From the NCBI RefSeq assembly GCF_964213995.1, contig NC_135822.1, positions 53,010,001 through 53,074,000 on the forward strand: 64,000 bases of DNA, in the 5' to 3' direction. Positions 12,861 through 25,172 of the stretch are shown piece after piece; the first letter of the stretch is position 1, and each line of letters opens with the position of its first letter. The position numbers and the translations under genes are program-made. Below the pieces are notes generated by a model, which saw only the letters and a list, made by a program, of their open reading frames with translations, was not told where the DNA came from and ran no database searches. Origin of the DNA: Mustelus asterias (lineage: Eukaryota).

Positions 12861-13673
12861 GTTCAGTTGGTAACATAATTGATTCCGAGAAGTAAGTCGT
12901 AGATTTATGATTTCAGTACAAAAACCGATCGGATAAACTTCGCAACGCCAACTGGCGCACAACGACAGCCATGTCTCGGATCTACAAGAAGACAGATTTA
13001 TCTCCTGGTGAGAATTGAAAATAAGCCTCTTCAATCAGTTAAACTGCGGACGCCGCGGTGCTTAATACGTGAATATTAGAATCGTCAGATGGTCATGATC
13101 TTAGGTCCATGATGACAAATCTTGAACACTCAAGGAAGAGCTTCTCCAGCCCAAGCAAATTAATTTAGGAAGCATAACAAGACCTCAGAAAGAATTCAGA
13201 GAGATTTTCCAGAGCGGTTTGTCTCGGAAATTCTCACTCCAGACAAAGGAAGACAGCCTGGTCCCACCTTTCCAAATATTCACAATGATGGAGGAGTAAA
13301 CTATGGATGCAATTTCATGCCCACAGCATGGATACTCTCTTAGAACACTGCTGAGTGAATTCACACACTAAACAGATTTGCCTTCTCTGGACGGGAATTG
13401 CTAATGATAACGGGGAAGGTGCTTGCGTGCTGGTTTGTTTGTGTGTGTGTGTATGTGCGCGCGCGCGTGAGCGCGCGCCTCTAGCGCATTTCCCTCTGCT
13501 GGTATTTTCTCTCTCGGTCACTCATTATTTGTTTGTCCATCCATCGCTCGTCCCCCGTCCCCTCCACCTGTTTCTCGGCATTTCCCCTTCACTCTTCTTT
13601 TTCATAATCGTACCAATGATGACTTTATTCATCGGTTTCTAATACTCTCTTATCACTCCCGCTATAATTTACC

Positions 13674-14011
13674 GATGTGGGTGCCATGCTGCTCTGACAA
13701 ACTCCCGTTTCCATTTCCATTTCCCTGAGCACTCCAGTCAGAATTCAACGTCTTTACAGAGAATCAGATGCTGGCAACTTCTTCTGCTGGTATGGATGAC
13801 ATCATGACCGTGAGCTGCAGGACGCTTTCTATCACAACATTTCACCCTCCAGTTAAGTGGACGGTTCCACCGCGAGGAAACCAAACAATACCCACCTATC
13901 TAAAATCCTCCGGTGCGGGGGGGGTGGAGGTGTGCGGGGGGGGGGGGGGGGGGGGGGGGAGGGATGCGGGGTGGGTGATGCATTGGCCATGTATTATTGT
14001 TCCCGGAGTTT
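13674..14011 (+). pseudogene. TRBV: TCR beta V-d pseudogene with a poly-G insertion
   Basis: DVGAMLL*QTPVSISIS...AGNFFCWYG*...AMYYCSRSF aligns to V-e/V-g. Cys23 is lost, there are stops, and a G-rich tract occupies 13917-13978. Heptamer CACAGTG at 14012 with a decayed nonamer; no leader found. Confidence 0.8.
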
Positions 14012-14164
14012 CACAGTGATTCAAAGAGATGGCAGAGCGCTGTAACAGCAGGAATTAACTCACTTTCTGTCTCTCAGACGTTGTGATTTGTATGTGTCTC
14101 CCTCTGTCTCGTTATCTATTTATCTGTGTACGTATGCATCCATCCACCAATCTGTCCGTATATC

Positions 14165-14272
14165 TTAGCCATCCACCCTTCCATCGATCTATCCACCTAT
14201 CCATTCATCCATCCATCTATCTACCTATCTATCTATCTATCTATCTATCTATCTCTCTATCTATCTATCTAG
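14165..14272. repeat. (CCAT)n/(CTAT)n microsatellite 3' of the V RSS
   Basis: Direct inspection; similar arrays occur after other V copies (about 22580-22655, 24760-24815, 32215-32300). Confidence 0.85.
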
Positions 14273-14659
14273 TCTACAGTGGATGGTGAATTGACATTTC
14301 ATTGATTTCGATTAATCTTCTTGGCCCCTTTAATTTCAGATAATGATATTCTATTATTAATATTGGAACATTTTCCATGAATGTTCTTCTCGTTAAATTA
14401 GTCGCTATTTTTCATAATATGTTTCGTGAAGGGTAGATGAGGGTATTAGTGCCTTTTGTGCATTTCCTGGCTCTTCGAAAGAATGCCCACTCATTTTTGA
14501 AATTCTCCAAAGAATCTGCTGTACCGCCGTTCAGAGCGTTTCCAAACTGATCAAATGCACCGAGGACAATTCCAAAAATCAGCAATCTTGAATCATTTGC
14601 CAAAATCCTTAATCTGGTGTCCACTGGTGATCGTTCCTTTACCCATCGATATTATGTTG

Positions 14660-14990
14660 GCATAATGGTTATCACTGCTGCCGCACAGTGCCAGGGACAC
14701 GAATTCGCTTCCAGCCTTGGATCACTGTCTGCATGAAGGTTGCAAATTCCCTGTGTTGACCGCATTGTTTTTCTCTGGGTACTGTGGTTTCTCCCCACAG
14801 TCCAATCATGCGCAGGTTAGGTGGATTGGCCATGCCAAATTGCCTCGTAAGAGCCAAAGATGTCCAAGATAAGCACGTGGGGTTAAGGGGATAGAGCTGT
14901 GTGTGGCCCTGGGTAAGCTGCTTTGTTGGACGGTTGGCGCAGATGCGATGGGCCGAATAACCTCCTTCTGCATTATAGGGATTACATGAA
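14660..14990 (+). mobile_element. Diverged HE1-type SINE
   Basis: Degenerate match to the 7006 SINE (CACTGCTG...CTCCCCACAGTCCAA...GATGGGCCGAA). Confidence 0.75.
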
Positions 14991-16213
14991 ATTAGCTCCT
15001 TATATTTAATATTTACCCATCAAAACATTTAAGGGTTTTGTACGGGTCTCTTAGATCTTCAATTAACCTATGAAGGGAGCTATTCCACAGACAGAATACA
15101 TTTTTAAACCCACGAAAATAGCGCCCATGATTCAAACATTGCAAAATCGAGGCCTATCTCTGGATACCTCTCTCAGTGGGCAGCTGCCGGAGAGCCGTTT
15201 GAGCGCATGGTGAAGGCAGTTAAAGCACTTATCTAGCGGTTTCTTGGTGCACGTGACAAATAAAACTATATGGTCTATGCATATATATATATATATAGTA
15301 CCCACAGTTTGGGAAAAGAGCTTCCTTCTGATTCCCCTCAGAATTTATAGTTAAGAACCATAGAATCAAAAAATTCCGACATTGCAAAAGGAGGACTTTA
15401 GCCCATCGAGTCATCACTGACTCTCTGAAGGTCATCTTCCTCAGGCCCATTCCCCGAAGTAATTATCTAATATTGATGAAGGTTGGTTTAAACCTCCACT
15501 ATAACAATCCTCTGTCCACTACGATATCCCTGCATTTAATTTCACCCTCAGAGAACATAGAACATTACAGCGGAGCATAGGCCCTTCGGCCGTCGATGTT
15601 GCGCCGACCTGAAAAACCAATCTAAAGCCCACCTAACCTGCACTCTTCCAATATCATCCAATTGTTTATCCAATGACCATTTAAATGCCCTTAATGTTGG
15701 CGAGTCCACTCATGAATTTATCTGATTGTTTTTTTAAAACTGATCATTGAATCTGCTTTGATCACACTTTCTGGCGGTTCATTCTCTATTATATATCTAA
15801 CTGATTTAAACATATTCTCCGAACCATCTGGTACTTTTGAGTTCTGCTAATGCGTTCTCTGATAATTTACTACCTGACGAGTCCCACACCGGAAAGTTCT
15901 ACGAATCCAAAAGTAAAATGCTACGGATGCTGGCAACATGATACAAAACCGGAGTCTGGAAATAATTAGCAGGTCTGGCAACAGGTGATGCCTGAACTGC
16001 CTCGCATTTTAAGTTTTTACTCAGGAAATGACAAGTTCTGTTCCGGGAGCCAATTAAGAAATAAAGAAAGATTTGCCCCTCCCTTTTGACGACTTAACAT
16101 TCTGGAAAAAAGGACAGGAAATCCCATTCAGTGTTGAGAACTTTGAGATATTCTACAGTAACACGGTTCAGTGGTTTCACGTTGTGAACACGCGGATCGA
16201 TCAGCTTCCAGAG

Positions 16214-17127
16214 ATGCCTCCGTCTCAGCTCTGGGTTTTGCTGCTGCTGATAACTGGTAAGGTGGAGTTGAACGGTGCGGTGTCAGTGATCCTCACTGTT
16301 ATTGTTCAGGAGTTGAGCTCCTTTGAAGTTGATGTTCCACTCCTCACTCCCCAGGCGGTAATTCCCCCACTGCACAGGGGATAATTCACAGTTAGGTTGC
16401 CAGTTCCTTTCATAACTCTTTCAGTCGCTCTGTCGTTTTCTCTGTCACTCTCGGTGTTTCATTGTTTTCTCACTCTATACTGATCCTCCCTTTGTCCGTT
16501 TGTCTCTGTGCTTTGCATGTTTCCGTCGCTCCCATTTTGTCACTCTCTCCATGCTTTCCTTTTTCCTTCACTCCGTGCCTGTGTCTCGCTCATTGTGTGT
16601 GTGTGTGTGTTATCTCGCTCGTTCGCTCCACTCCTGTCTGTTTGTGCTTCTTCTGTTTCGCGCCTTTAGCTGTCTTTCTCTGCAATGTTGCACCTCTCAC
16701 ACAAGAACACACACACAAACTCATTTTCCCTCTTTACTTCACCGCGATCTATCTTTGACGCTCATTTTATGTACCCTTCAAGAGTTATCTGAGTTAACGT
16801 CCTTGTCTTTCCATAGTCGGTTTTACAGGTATGGCGGCCGTGCTGATCCAACAGACTCCCTCTTCTCTATCCAGTTCCCGGGGCACTAAAGTCACTATGA
16901 AATGCATTTACACAGAAGCAACAGCTGGCAACTATTTCTACTGGCATCGATGGCATCCTGACAGTGAGCCTCAAAACCTTTTCTATTCGAACTTCGTTGG
17001 AAGAGTCATTCCGCACGGTGAGGTGAACGGTTTCAAAGTGAATAGGCCCAACAACAGCCACTTTTAACTGGAGTCCTCTAACCTGTGGGCGAATCACTCG
17101 GCCGTGTATTATTGCGCCTGGAGTTTA
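16214..17127 (+). pseudogene. TRBV: TCR beta V-e; leader 16214-16256, V exon 16817-17127; single nonsense codon
   Basis: Leader MPPSQLWVLLLLIT. V reads MAAVLIQQTP...VTMKC...YFYWHRW...SHF*LESSNLWANHSAVYYCAWSL, with TAA at 17065-17067 where V-g has TAC. RSS is CACACTG-23bp-ACAAAAAAC (17128-17166). Confidence 0.92.
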
Positions 17128-17926
17128 CACACTGACTCACAGAGAGGAAAACCCTCAACAAAAAACCCTACCAGGGATCATAATATAATTATAGCCGATA
17201 GAACTCTTCTGTCGGTCAGTCTCTGAGTCTTAATGTCACAAAGAATCAATCCGACCGACCGCGCGCCCGCCCAGCCGCCCGCCCAGCTGTCTATCTATTA
17301 CCTGTTTCGGTCCCTATAGTTTACAATTGAAGTTGAATCAAGATTTATTTCATTGATCGAGTAATCTTCTTGCTCTCTTTTATTTTAGATTATGGATTTC
17401 CATTATTAATATTAAACAATGATGCATGAATGTTGTTCTCGTTAAATAAGTCACAATATTTGATCATCGATTCCGTGAAGAGATAGTTAAGAGTATTCGT
17501 GCAATTGTATCTTTCCGGGCTCATCCTGTTTGAAAGTTTCTGTTGAATCTGTTGTGGAGCACCTGAAGAGCACTTTCCAAATGATAGCAATGCACGGAGG
17601 AGGATACTAAACGTCTGCAATTCTTAATCTTTTGCCATTCACTTAAATAGGTGTCCTGATCTTACAGATTTAGTTACTCATCAAAATATGGCAGATATCT
17701 GTACGTCTTTCAGATATTTCCGTAGTCTCCCTGCTCTAAAGGAAACAATTTCACAGAGAGAAGAAATAATTAAATCAATAAATATATCACCCATGGTTCA
17801 AACAGTGCAAGTGCGAGACATCTCTCCAGATATCGCCCTCAGTGGGGCACCTGCCCTGACAGCCGTCTGTGCATATGGTGAAGGCCGTTTACGGAATCTA
17901 TGCCACTCGCCTTAACCCCTCCCGTG

Positions 17927-19076
17927 TGTTAAGGCCCAGACCAGAAACTCCAAGGTGTTTTGTGAAGTTAGCCTGGATCCTAAGTTTTGTATTTTATTTT
18001 GTGATTGGTGCATATAAGCCATTTCTCACCGGCATGATTTTAGTGACCCACTCGGAAGCTTGGCTCACGCAAAGTTTACTTAAGAACACAGTTAATGGGG
18101 CGGCACGGTAGCACAGTGGTTAGCACTGCTGCTTCACAGCTCCAGGGACCTGGGTTCGATTCCCGGCTTGGGTCACTGTCTGTGTGGAGTTTGCACATTC
18201 TCCTCGTGTCTGCGTGGGTTTCCTCCGGGTGCTCCGGTTTCCTCCCACAGTCCAAAGATGTGCGGGGTAGGTTGATTGGCCATGCTAAAAATTGCCCCTT
18301 AGTGTCTTGGGATGCGTAGATTAGAGGGATTAGCGGGTAAAATATGTAGGGATATGGGGGTAGGGCCTGGGTGGGATTGTGGTCGGTGCAGACTCGATGG
18401 GCCGAATGGCCTCTTTCTGTACTGTAGGGATTCTATGATTCTATGAATATATAACAAAATGAATTAGCATAAACTTTCCCAACTAAAAAACTTAGACATG
18501 ACGCAGTATAAACCTTAACAGCTAGCTATCTCTGTTGTTGCAATTTAAAAGAAATACCCTATTAATATAAAGTCTTATTCACAATTAGTTAGCACTAAAA
18601 CAAGTTTGGTCAAGTTAGACGACATTTCCTGGTTTTAACACCTATGGTTGGAAATCCAAGCAACAGTTTTCAGAGAAGGATATATCCACAATGCAGTAAA
18701 ACAGAAAAGTAAATCTCGTCTCTCCCAGCTTCCAAAGCAGCAAGTCAGACAGCAGAAAATACAACTCTAGAGCGGGGTAAAAGCTGCTTTCTCTCTCGCA
18801 GCTCCAAGCAGCATCTGAGCCTTGAATATCTATGTAAGTCCAGCTTCCGACATCACGTGACCATGCCTGCCAATCATTCCAATCAACCCCACTCTGCAAA
18901 ATCCCAAGAGAAAACAGCAGAACAGCATTAGTTCAAATTAAAGACGACATTCTAGCAATTATGTTGTTGCAGCAGAAATGCATATTGCTGGTAGACAGGA
19001 TGGCTCCGAGTGCATATAACTATTACAGCAGACCCTGTACAAGAACAAAGCTCAAGCACGTTTCTTCAAGGCACAG
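17927..19076. mobile_element. Solo LTR-like element containing an HE1 SINE
   Basis: Starts TGTTAAGG...CAGAAACTCCAAGG and ends TTCTTCAAGGCACA; homologous to elements at 60259 and 62229. It interrupts flank sequence that is continuous near 25870. Confidence 0.6.
18097..18445 (+). mobile_element. HE1-type SINE, young copy
   Basis: Near-identical to 7006-7357; TTCTATGA tail. Confidence 0.9.
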
Positions 19077-19755
19077 TGGAAGTGAGTTTTAAATTGTCCC
19101 CACGCTTTTGGTAAATAGATCGTTTCCGAATTCCGTACAGGATTGATAAGTTATTCTCTAGTATTGCTGACGGCTGCTGAACTTCTCCCGTATTCAATCA
19201 GTCCCATTCCTCCTTTCACTCCCATATCACTGCATTCATTTTCCCCGTCAATATGTTATCCAGTTCAATACAAAAATATATTATTGAATCTGTTTCGATC
19301 TCATGCTCAGTGAGTTCATTTACTTTTGTGCAATCGAATGATTTAAACAGATTCTCCCAAACATCTGATATTTTTGTCAATGCTTCTGAATCCGAGTTAC
19401 CTGATAATACTGTGCTCCCTAACTAGCCCCGCACCAGAACTGAAGACTGCTAGAAAAGCAAAATATGCTGACCATTTAATAAAAACCGAAATGTTTGAAA
19501 TGTTTAGCAGGGCTGGCAGCATCTGTGAGAGAATCAAATTTTCAGCTCAGATGATGGCTGAACTGATGAATATTTCCAGTATTTTCTCTTGTTATTCAGG
19601 AGTGACGAATCCTACTCTGGGAGCCAATAAAAAGAAACGGATGTTCTCCGTCCACCCGAACTATTTAACAGCAAATTCCACTCAGTTTTCGGAACTTTTG
19701 AGATATTCCATAATAACACGGCTCAGTGGTTCCACTAGTCTTTCAGCCTCCCGAG

Positions 19756-22468
19756 ATGTCTCCGTCTCCGCGGTGTGCTCTGTTGCCGCTGATACTTGGT
19801 AAGCAGAATTTGAACGGCGAGGTGTCAGTGATCCTCGCTGTTATTGCTTCCGAGTTGAATTGCTTTGGAGTTGACGTTCTCCTCCCAATCTCCGGGAATT
19901 CATTTATACCTTTTGTAGATCCAGGTGATCAGCAACTGTTAGGATGCCAATGCTTTCTGTGACTCTCTCAGTCCCTGTGTGCATTTCGCTCGGTCTCACT
20001 CAATCTCCAGTTGTTTTCTCTCACTGTGTCGACTCTCGCGTTATCCATTTCTCTCATGTGCCTCTGCTTGTTTGCCTCTCTGTCATTACCTCACTTTCCT
20101 TCTACTCATAAAAACTATTGTTCTCGCGTTTCTATTTTGTCGTTCCTTCGCTTCCTGCCCGTGCCGCGCACATAAGGTCTTTCCCTCTCTCTCTCATATT
20201 CTCCCCTCTGTCTGTTTGCGTTTCTCCTGTTTCTCGACTTTAGCTGTCTTTCTCTGCAACTTTGCATCTTTCTGTCTTTCTCACACAAACTTTCTTTTGA
20301 TTCACCTCCATCAATTTTTCACGCTCATTTCGTGCGCCCTTCAAAGTTAACTGCCTTGTTTTTTCTGCAGTCGGTTTTGCCCTCTTTTTAGGTCACCAAA
20401 TGAACAAACTCAAATTAAGTCAGGACAAAGTAAAAGGGCCAGCTCCCCAAAAAGGAGGGGGAACAGCTCGAACAGAAATCAATGTACAAAGGAAACTTAA
20501 AAACATCAAATTAAAATGTGATTATTAGGGTCGATAACGCACCCCAACCCCTGCGGTGCCCAGCGGGCACGGAAGGCGTCAACCGCGCCCGTGGACACCG
20601 CATGCTCCCTCTCCAGGGACACCCGGCCGCGAACGTAGTCGCGGTAGAGGGGAAGACAGTCAGGATGGACGGCCCCCTCGATCGCCCGCTGCCTGGACCG
20701 GTAAATGGCGCGTTTCGCCAGGCCCAGGAGCAGGTTCACGAGGAGGTCGCCATCCCGACCCTCCCCTCTCCGCACCGGGTGTCCGTAGATCAGGAGCGTG
20801 GGACTGAAGTGCAAACAAAACATCAATAAAAGGTTCTTTAGGAAAACATAAAGGGAGTGCAGCCTAAGACACACAACATAGACATGGTCCACGGACTCCA
20901 CAAGGCTGCAGAAAGGGCAGTCTTCGGAGCGCGTGAACCAGTGAATCCTACGGTTGTGCGGAACTGCTGCATGCATCACCCTCCACCCCAGGTCCCCGAC
21001 GTAATTGGGGGAGATCCCTCCGTAGAGGGACCTCCAGCGGGGTCCTCCGCCGCCCGGCGGCAACAAGGCCCACCAAGGTGTATCCGGGCGACAGGCGAGG
21101 AGGCGGTAGTGGAAGGTGTGCAGCAGCAGCCCACACAGAAAACGCCTCCGCGCGGTAGAAAAAGGCACGGAGGACATTTCTGCAAGGCGGCTCAGGCTGT
21201 GGGGCACCTCACCCAGGGAGGGGGGTTGAGGTTTTGGGCCAATGTGGAATTCCGCCCGAATAGGGGATCCCACCGCACGCCTGCGCCGCCTCGAGTTTGC
21301 GTGCAGTTTCGGGGCCGAGCACAACCTTCCTAAGGCTTTGGCCACGTGCCGGATGGTCGTCCCCGTGCGCTCAGGAAGCACGCGGGGACTCATGCAGCCC
21401 GCCCCTCCGCCATCGAGCACGTCCCCGATTCTGGTCACCCCGGCGTCCACAGCCCTCCTCGCTGCCAGCCACCTGAAGTTATACGGCTGGAGGAGCGGAT
21501 TCCTGAGCAGCGGCTCTCGCACGAGTGCCGCTACCCCTGACGGGGGAGAGCTGCGTCGCGAGGCGACCATGTTCCAGACGGTGAGGAGGTCCTGGTAAAT
21601 CCGGGCAGCTCCTGGAGGGCGGCCGAAACACGCCCCAGATCGATATGCAGGAGCTGCACATCATAATTGAGGCCGTGCCACTGGCGGAAGAAATACATCG
21701 CCATGGCACACCATTGTGGAGGGGGCTCAACGTAAAGGTACCTCTGCAGGCCATGGAGGCGGAAGGTCTCTATCTGAGTGCGGAGGCACACCAGACCTTG
21801 TCCGCCCTCCTCAAGCGGGAGATGCAGAACCGCAGCAGGGACCGAGTGCAGTTGATTGTCCCAGAAGAACCGCAGGAGGGTTCTCTGGATATCAGCGACA
21901 AAGCCAGGGGGAGGGGTCAAAGGGACCAGCCGGTACCGCAGCATGGAGGCGACTAGCTGGTTTATGACGCGAACTCGCGCCCGGTAGGACAGCACTCGGA
22001 GCAGTCCTGTCCAGCGATTCAGGTGGGCGGAGACTTTGGCCTCCAGCTCCCGCCAGTTCGCCGGCCACGATTCCTCGGCTGGGAAGAGATGGGCCCCCAA
22101 GTAGAGGAGGTTGGTCCTGCTCCAGTGCAGTCGATTTTGCAGATACGGCGGCCGTGCTGATCCAACAGGCTCTCTTTTCCATATCCAGTTCCACGGGCAC
22201 TACAGTCGCCATCGAATGCCTTTACACAGAAGCAACCACTATTTCTATTGATATCGATGGCATCTTGACGTGAGCGTCGGAGCCCCTTCTATTCGAGCTT
22301 TGCTGGAAGAACATCCCCCTCCCCCCCCCCTCCCCTACCCACCCCAACACCCCCGCCCGGAAGGCGGATGGTTTCACCGCGAGTGGGCCCAACAACACCC
22401 ACTTTTATCTGAAGTTCTCGGGTATGTGGGCGAATCACTCGGCCGCGTATTATTGTGTCTGGAGTGTA
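19756..22468 (+). pseudogene. TRBV: TCR beta V-f pseudogene; leader 19756-19798, V exon split by a Tx1-like insertion, main part 22131-22468
   Basis: Leader MSPSPRCALLPLIL. V reads DTAAVLIQQA...VAIECLYTEA, then a frameshift, Trp41 to TGA, a C-rich insertion, and ends HSAAYYCVWSV. RSS is CACAGTT with a shortened 19-bp spacer. Confidence 0.88.
20381..22125 (-). mobile_element. 5'-truncated Tx1/L1-clade non-LTR retrotransposon
   Basis: Minus-strand ORF2 C-terminus (LSYRARVRVINQLVASML, LPLEEGGQGL, DLGWRVMHAAV, CPFCSLVESVDHVYVVC zinc knuckle). 15-bp target-site duplication TGCAGTCG(G/A)TTTTGC at 20366-20380 and 22126-22140. Confidence 0.9.
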
Positions 22469-23715
22469 CACAGTTACTGACAGAGATACAAACGACAAAG
22501 AACATCAAAGGGGTCAAATGTAATTATAGCCAATTAAATCAAGTTGTTGGTCAGCCTCTGTGTACCACTGTGTGAATGTATGCATGTATGCAAGCATGTA
22601 TGTATGTCTGTATCTATCTATCTATCTATTTTTCTGTCTATCTATCTATTCTATCATCAATCTCCGCCCCTGTTGGTCAGAGTGGATGATGAATCATGAT
22701 TTATTACATTGATATCGATTAATCTTTTACTCTCTTTCATTTATGATTATGGCATTTTATTGCTGATAACACATCATGCATGAATGTTCTGATGCCTTTC
22801 TCGTTAAAATAATCGTTATTTTTTAAGTATCTATTCCATGAACGGATAGACGAGGCTAGTGGTTCTATTCTGCCTTTACCCACTCTTCCACAGAGCACAC
22901 TCATCCGTTTTGAAAGTTTCTATTGAATCTGCTGTACCGCCATTCAGACTGTTTACCAGATGATGACAGTGCACTCAAGATGATTCTAAACATCGGCAAC
23001 TCTGAATCCTTTGCCAACTCCGTTAAATCGTTGTCCTCTGGTGACGACCTTTTACCTAACGATATTGGCACTTGATGTTTCATATTAACTCATCAAAGCA
23101 CTGCAGGGTTTCGTGCGTCTTTCAGATCTCAGCCTAGCATGACAGTTCTGAGAGAAGCAGTTCCACAGAAAGAAGAAACCTTTAAATCTCTAAATCTGCC
23201 ACTAAGGTTTCAAACAGTGCAAAGGCGAGACAATTCTCCAGACGAGTTCTTCACTGAGGCACACCTTCAGGCAGTTAATTCTCCATTGTATTACTGACTG
23301 ATTTAAATAGTTTATCCTAAAGATCTGATACCTTTACCAGCGCTCCTGAATCTGAGTACCATGTTGATACTTCTGTTCCTGACTAGCCACGGCCCCGAAA
23401 TGACGATTAATGAGAGAGCAAGATACTCGGCTGCTGCAAATCTGAAATAAAACAGGAAAAAGCTGGAAGTAAGTTGACAACATCTGTGGACGGAATGCCA
23501 GTTGCCTTCTCGGCTCAAATGGTGCTAGAACTGCTGAATATTTCTCGCATTTTCTATTTTTACCAGGAAATGACACATGTTCTGGGAGCCAAGGAGAAAA
23601 TAAAGAACGCTTTGCCCCTCCCATCCGACCATTCAGCACATGGCGGCAGCAACTCCCAGTCAGTGTACATAACTTTGTGAGTGTTGTGAACACACTGATC
23701 TTTCAGCCTCCGGAG

Positions 23716-24666
23716 ATGTCTCCATTTCAGCTCTGGGCTCTGTTGCTGCTGTTACTTGGTAAGGTAGCGTTGAACGGTGAGGTGTCAGTGATTCTCGCTG
23801 TTATTGCTTCGGAGATGAGTTACTTTGGATTCGAAGATCCCTTCCCAACTCCCCGGGGGTTCACTCACACCCAGTAAAGATTCTGTGCACCTGTTAGGAT
23901 GCCAGTGTCTTTCCATCACTCTCCTTTTCACAGCGCATTTTTTCTTTCACTCGGTTCTCAAAGCTTTCTCTCTATGTGCGTATCTTCCCTTTGTTGGTTT
24001 GTCTCTCTGTGCTTCTACTTGTTTCCCTCGCTCTCATTATCACACCCTCTCCATTTCTTTATCACAGTGACAGTTCCTGCTTTTCCATTTAATCGTTCTT
24101 TCACTCCCGCTCATTATCCCTTTCTGTCTCTTGCTCTTCCACTTCTGTCTCTTTATTTGTTTCTCATGTTTCTCACCTTCCGCTATCTTTCTGTCTAATG
24201 TGGCATCTCTCTCTCTGGCTCGCTCGCTCTCTCCCTCTCTCTCTCTCTCTCTCACACACACGCACACACACTTTCATTCACCCCCATCTGTCTTTCACGC
24301 GAATGTCTTGTGTCATTCAGGAGAAATCAAAGTTAACTTTCCTGTCTTTCCACAGTCAGTCTTTCAGGTGTGGCAGCCGTGCTGATCCAACAGACTCCTT
24401 CTTCTATATCCAGTTCCCCGGGCACTAAGGTCACTATCAAATGCCTTTACACGGCAGCAACAGCTGGCAGCTATTTCTATTGGTATCGATGGCGTCCTGA
24501 ACGTGAGCCTCAAAACCTTTTCCAATCCAATCTGGCTGGTAGAGTCAATCCCCCCGGTGAGGTGGACGGTTTCAACGCGAGTAGACCCAACAACATCCAT
24601 TTTTACCTGGAGTCCTCCGGCCTTTGGGCAGATCAGTCGGCCGTGTAATATTGTGCCACCAGTCTA
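23716..24666 (+). pseudogene. TRBV: TCR beta V-g; leader 23716-23758, V exon 24356-24666; single nonsense codon
   Basis: Leader MSPFQLWALLLLLL. V reads VAAVLIQQTP...VTIKC...YFYWYRW...DQSAV*YCATSL with TAA at 24646-24648. Strong RSS CACAGTA-23bp-ACAAAAACC (24667-24705). Confidence 0.92.
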
Positions 24667-24879
24667 CACAGTAATTTACAGTGATAAAAAGGTTCAACAA
24701 AAACCCTCAGCAGGCACAAAACATATATAGCTAATTAAACTCTCACGTCTGCCAGCCACTCTCTCTCTCTATCTATCTATCCATCCATCTATCCATCTAT
24801 CCATCCATCCAACTATGTATGCGCCTACAGTTTACAATGGCTGGTGAATCATGATTTATTTCATTCGTTTTAATTAAAC

Positions 24880-25172
24880 TTTTTTTGTTCATTCGTGGGA
24901 CATAGACGTCACAAGATGACCAGCGTTTATCCTATTTGCCCGAGGGCAGTTGAGAGTCAAGCACTTTGCTGTGGATCTGGAGTCACATGTAGGCCAGAGT
25001 CTGAAGGGACGACAGATGATTTCATGTCATCAGTAGATTCTTAGTTCCGGATATTTTGAATTGAATTCAAATTGCACCATCTGCCGTCGTGGGATTGGAA
25101 TCCGGATCCCCAGAACATTAGCTGAACTTCTGGATTAATAGTTTAGCGATAATACCACTCGGCCATCACCAC
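24880..25172 (-). mobile_element. tRNA-derived SINE, second family
   Basis: Reverse-complement match to the SINE at 38521-38878. Confidence 0.75.

Noticed and set aside
20518-21967. Multiple long + strand ORFs
   Set aside because: Shadow frames of the GC-rich Tx1-like element.
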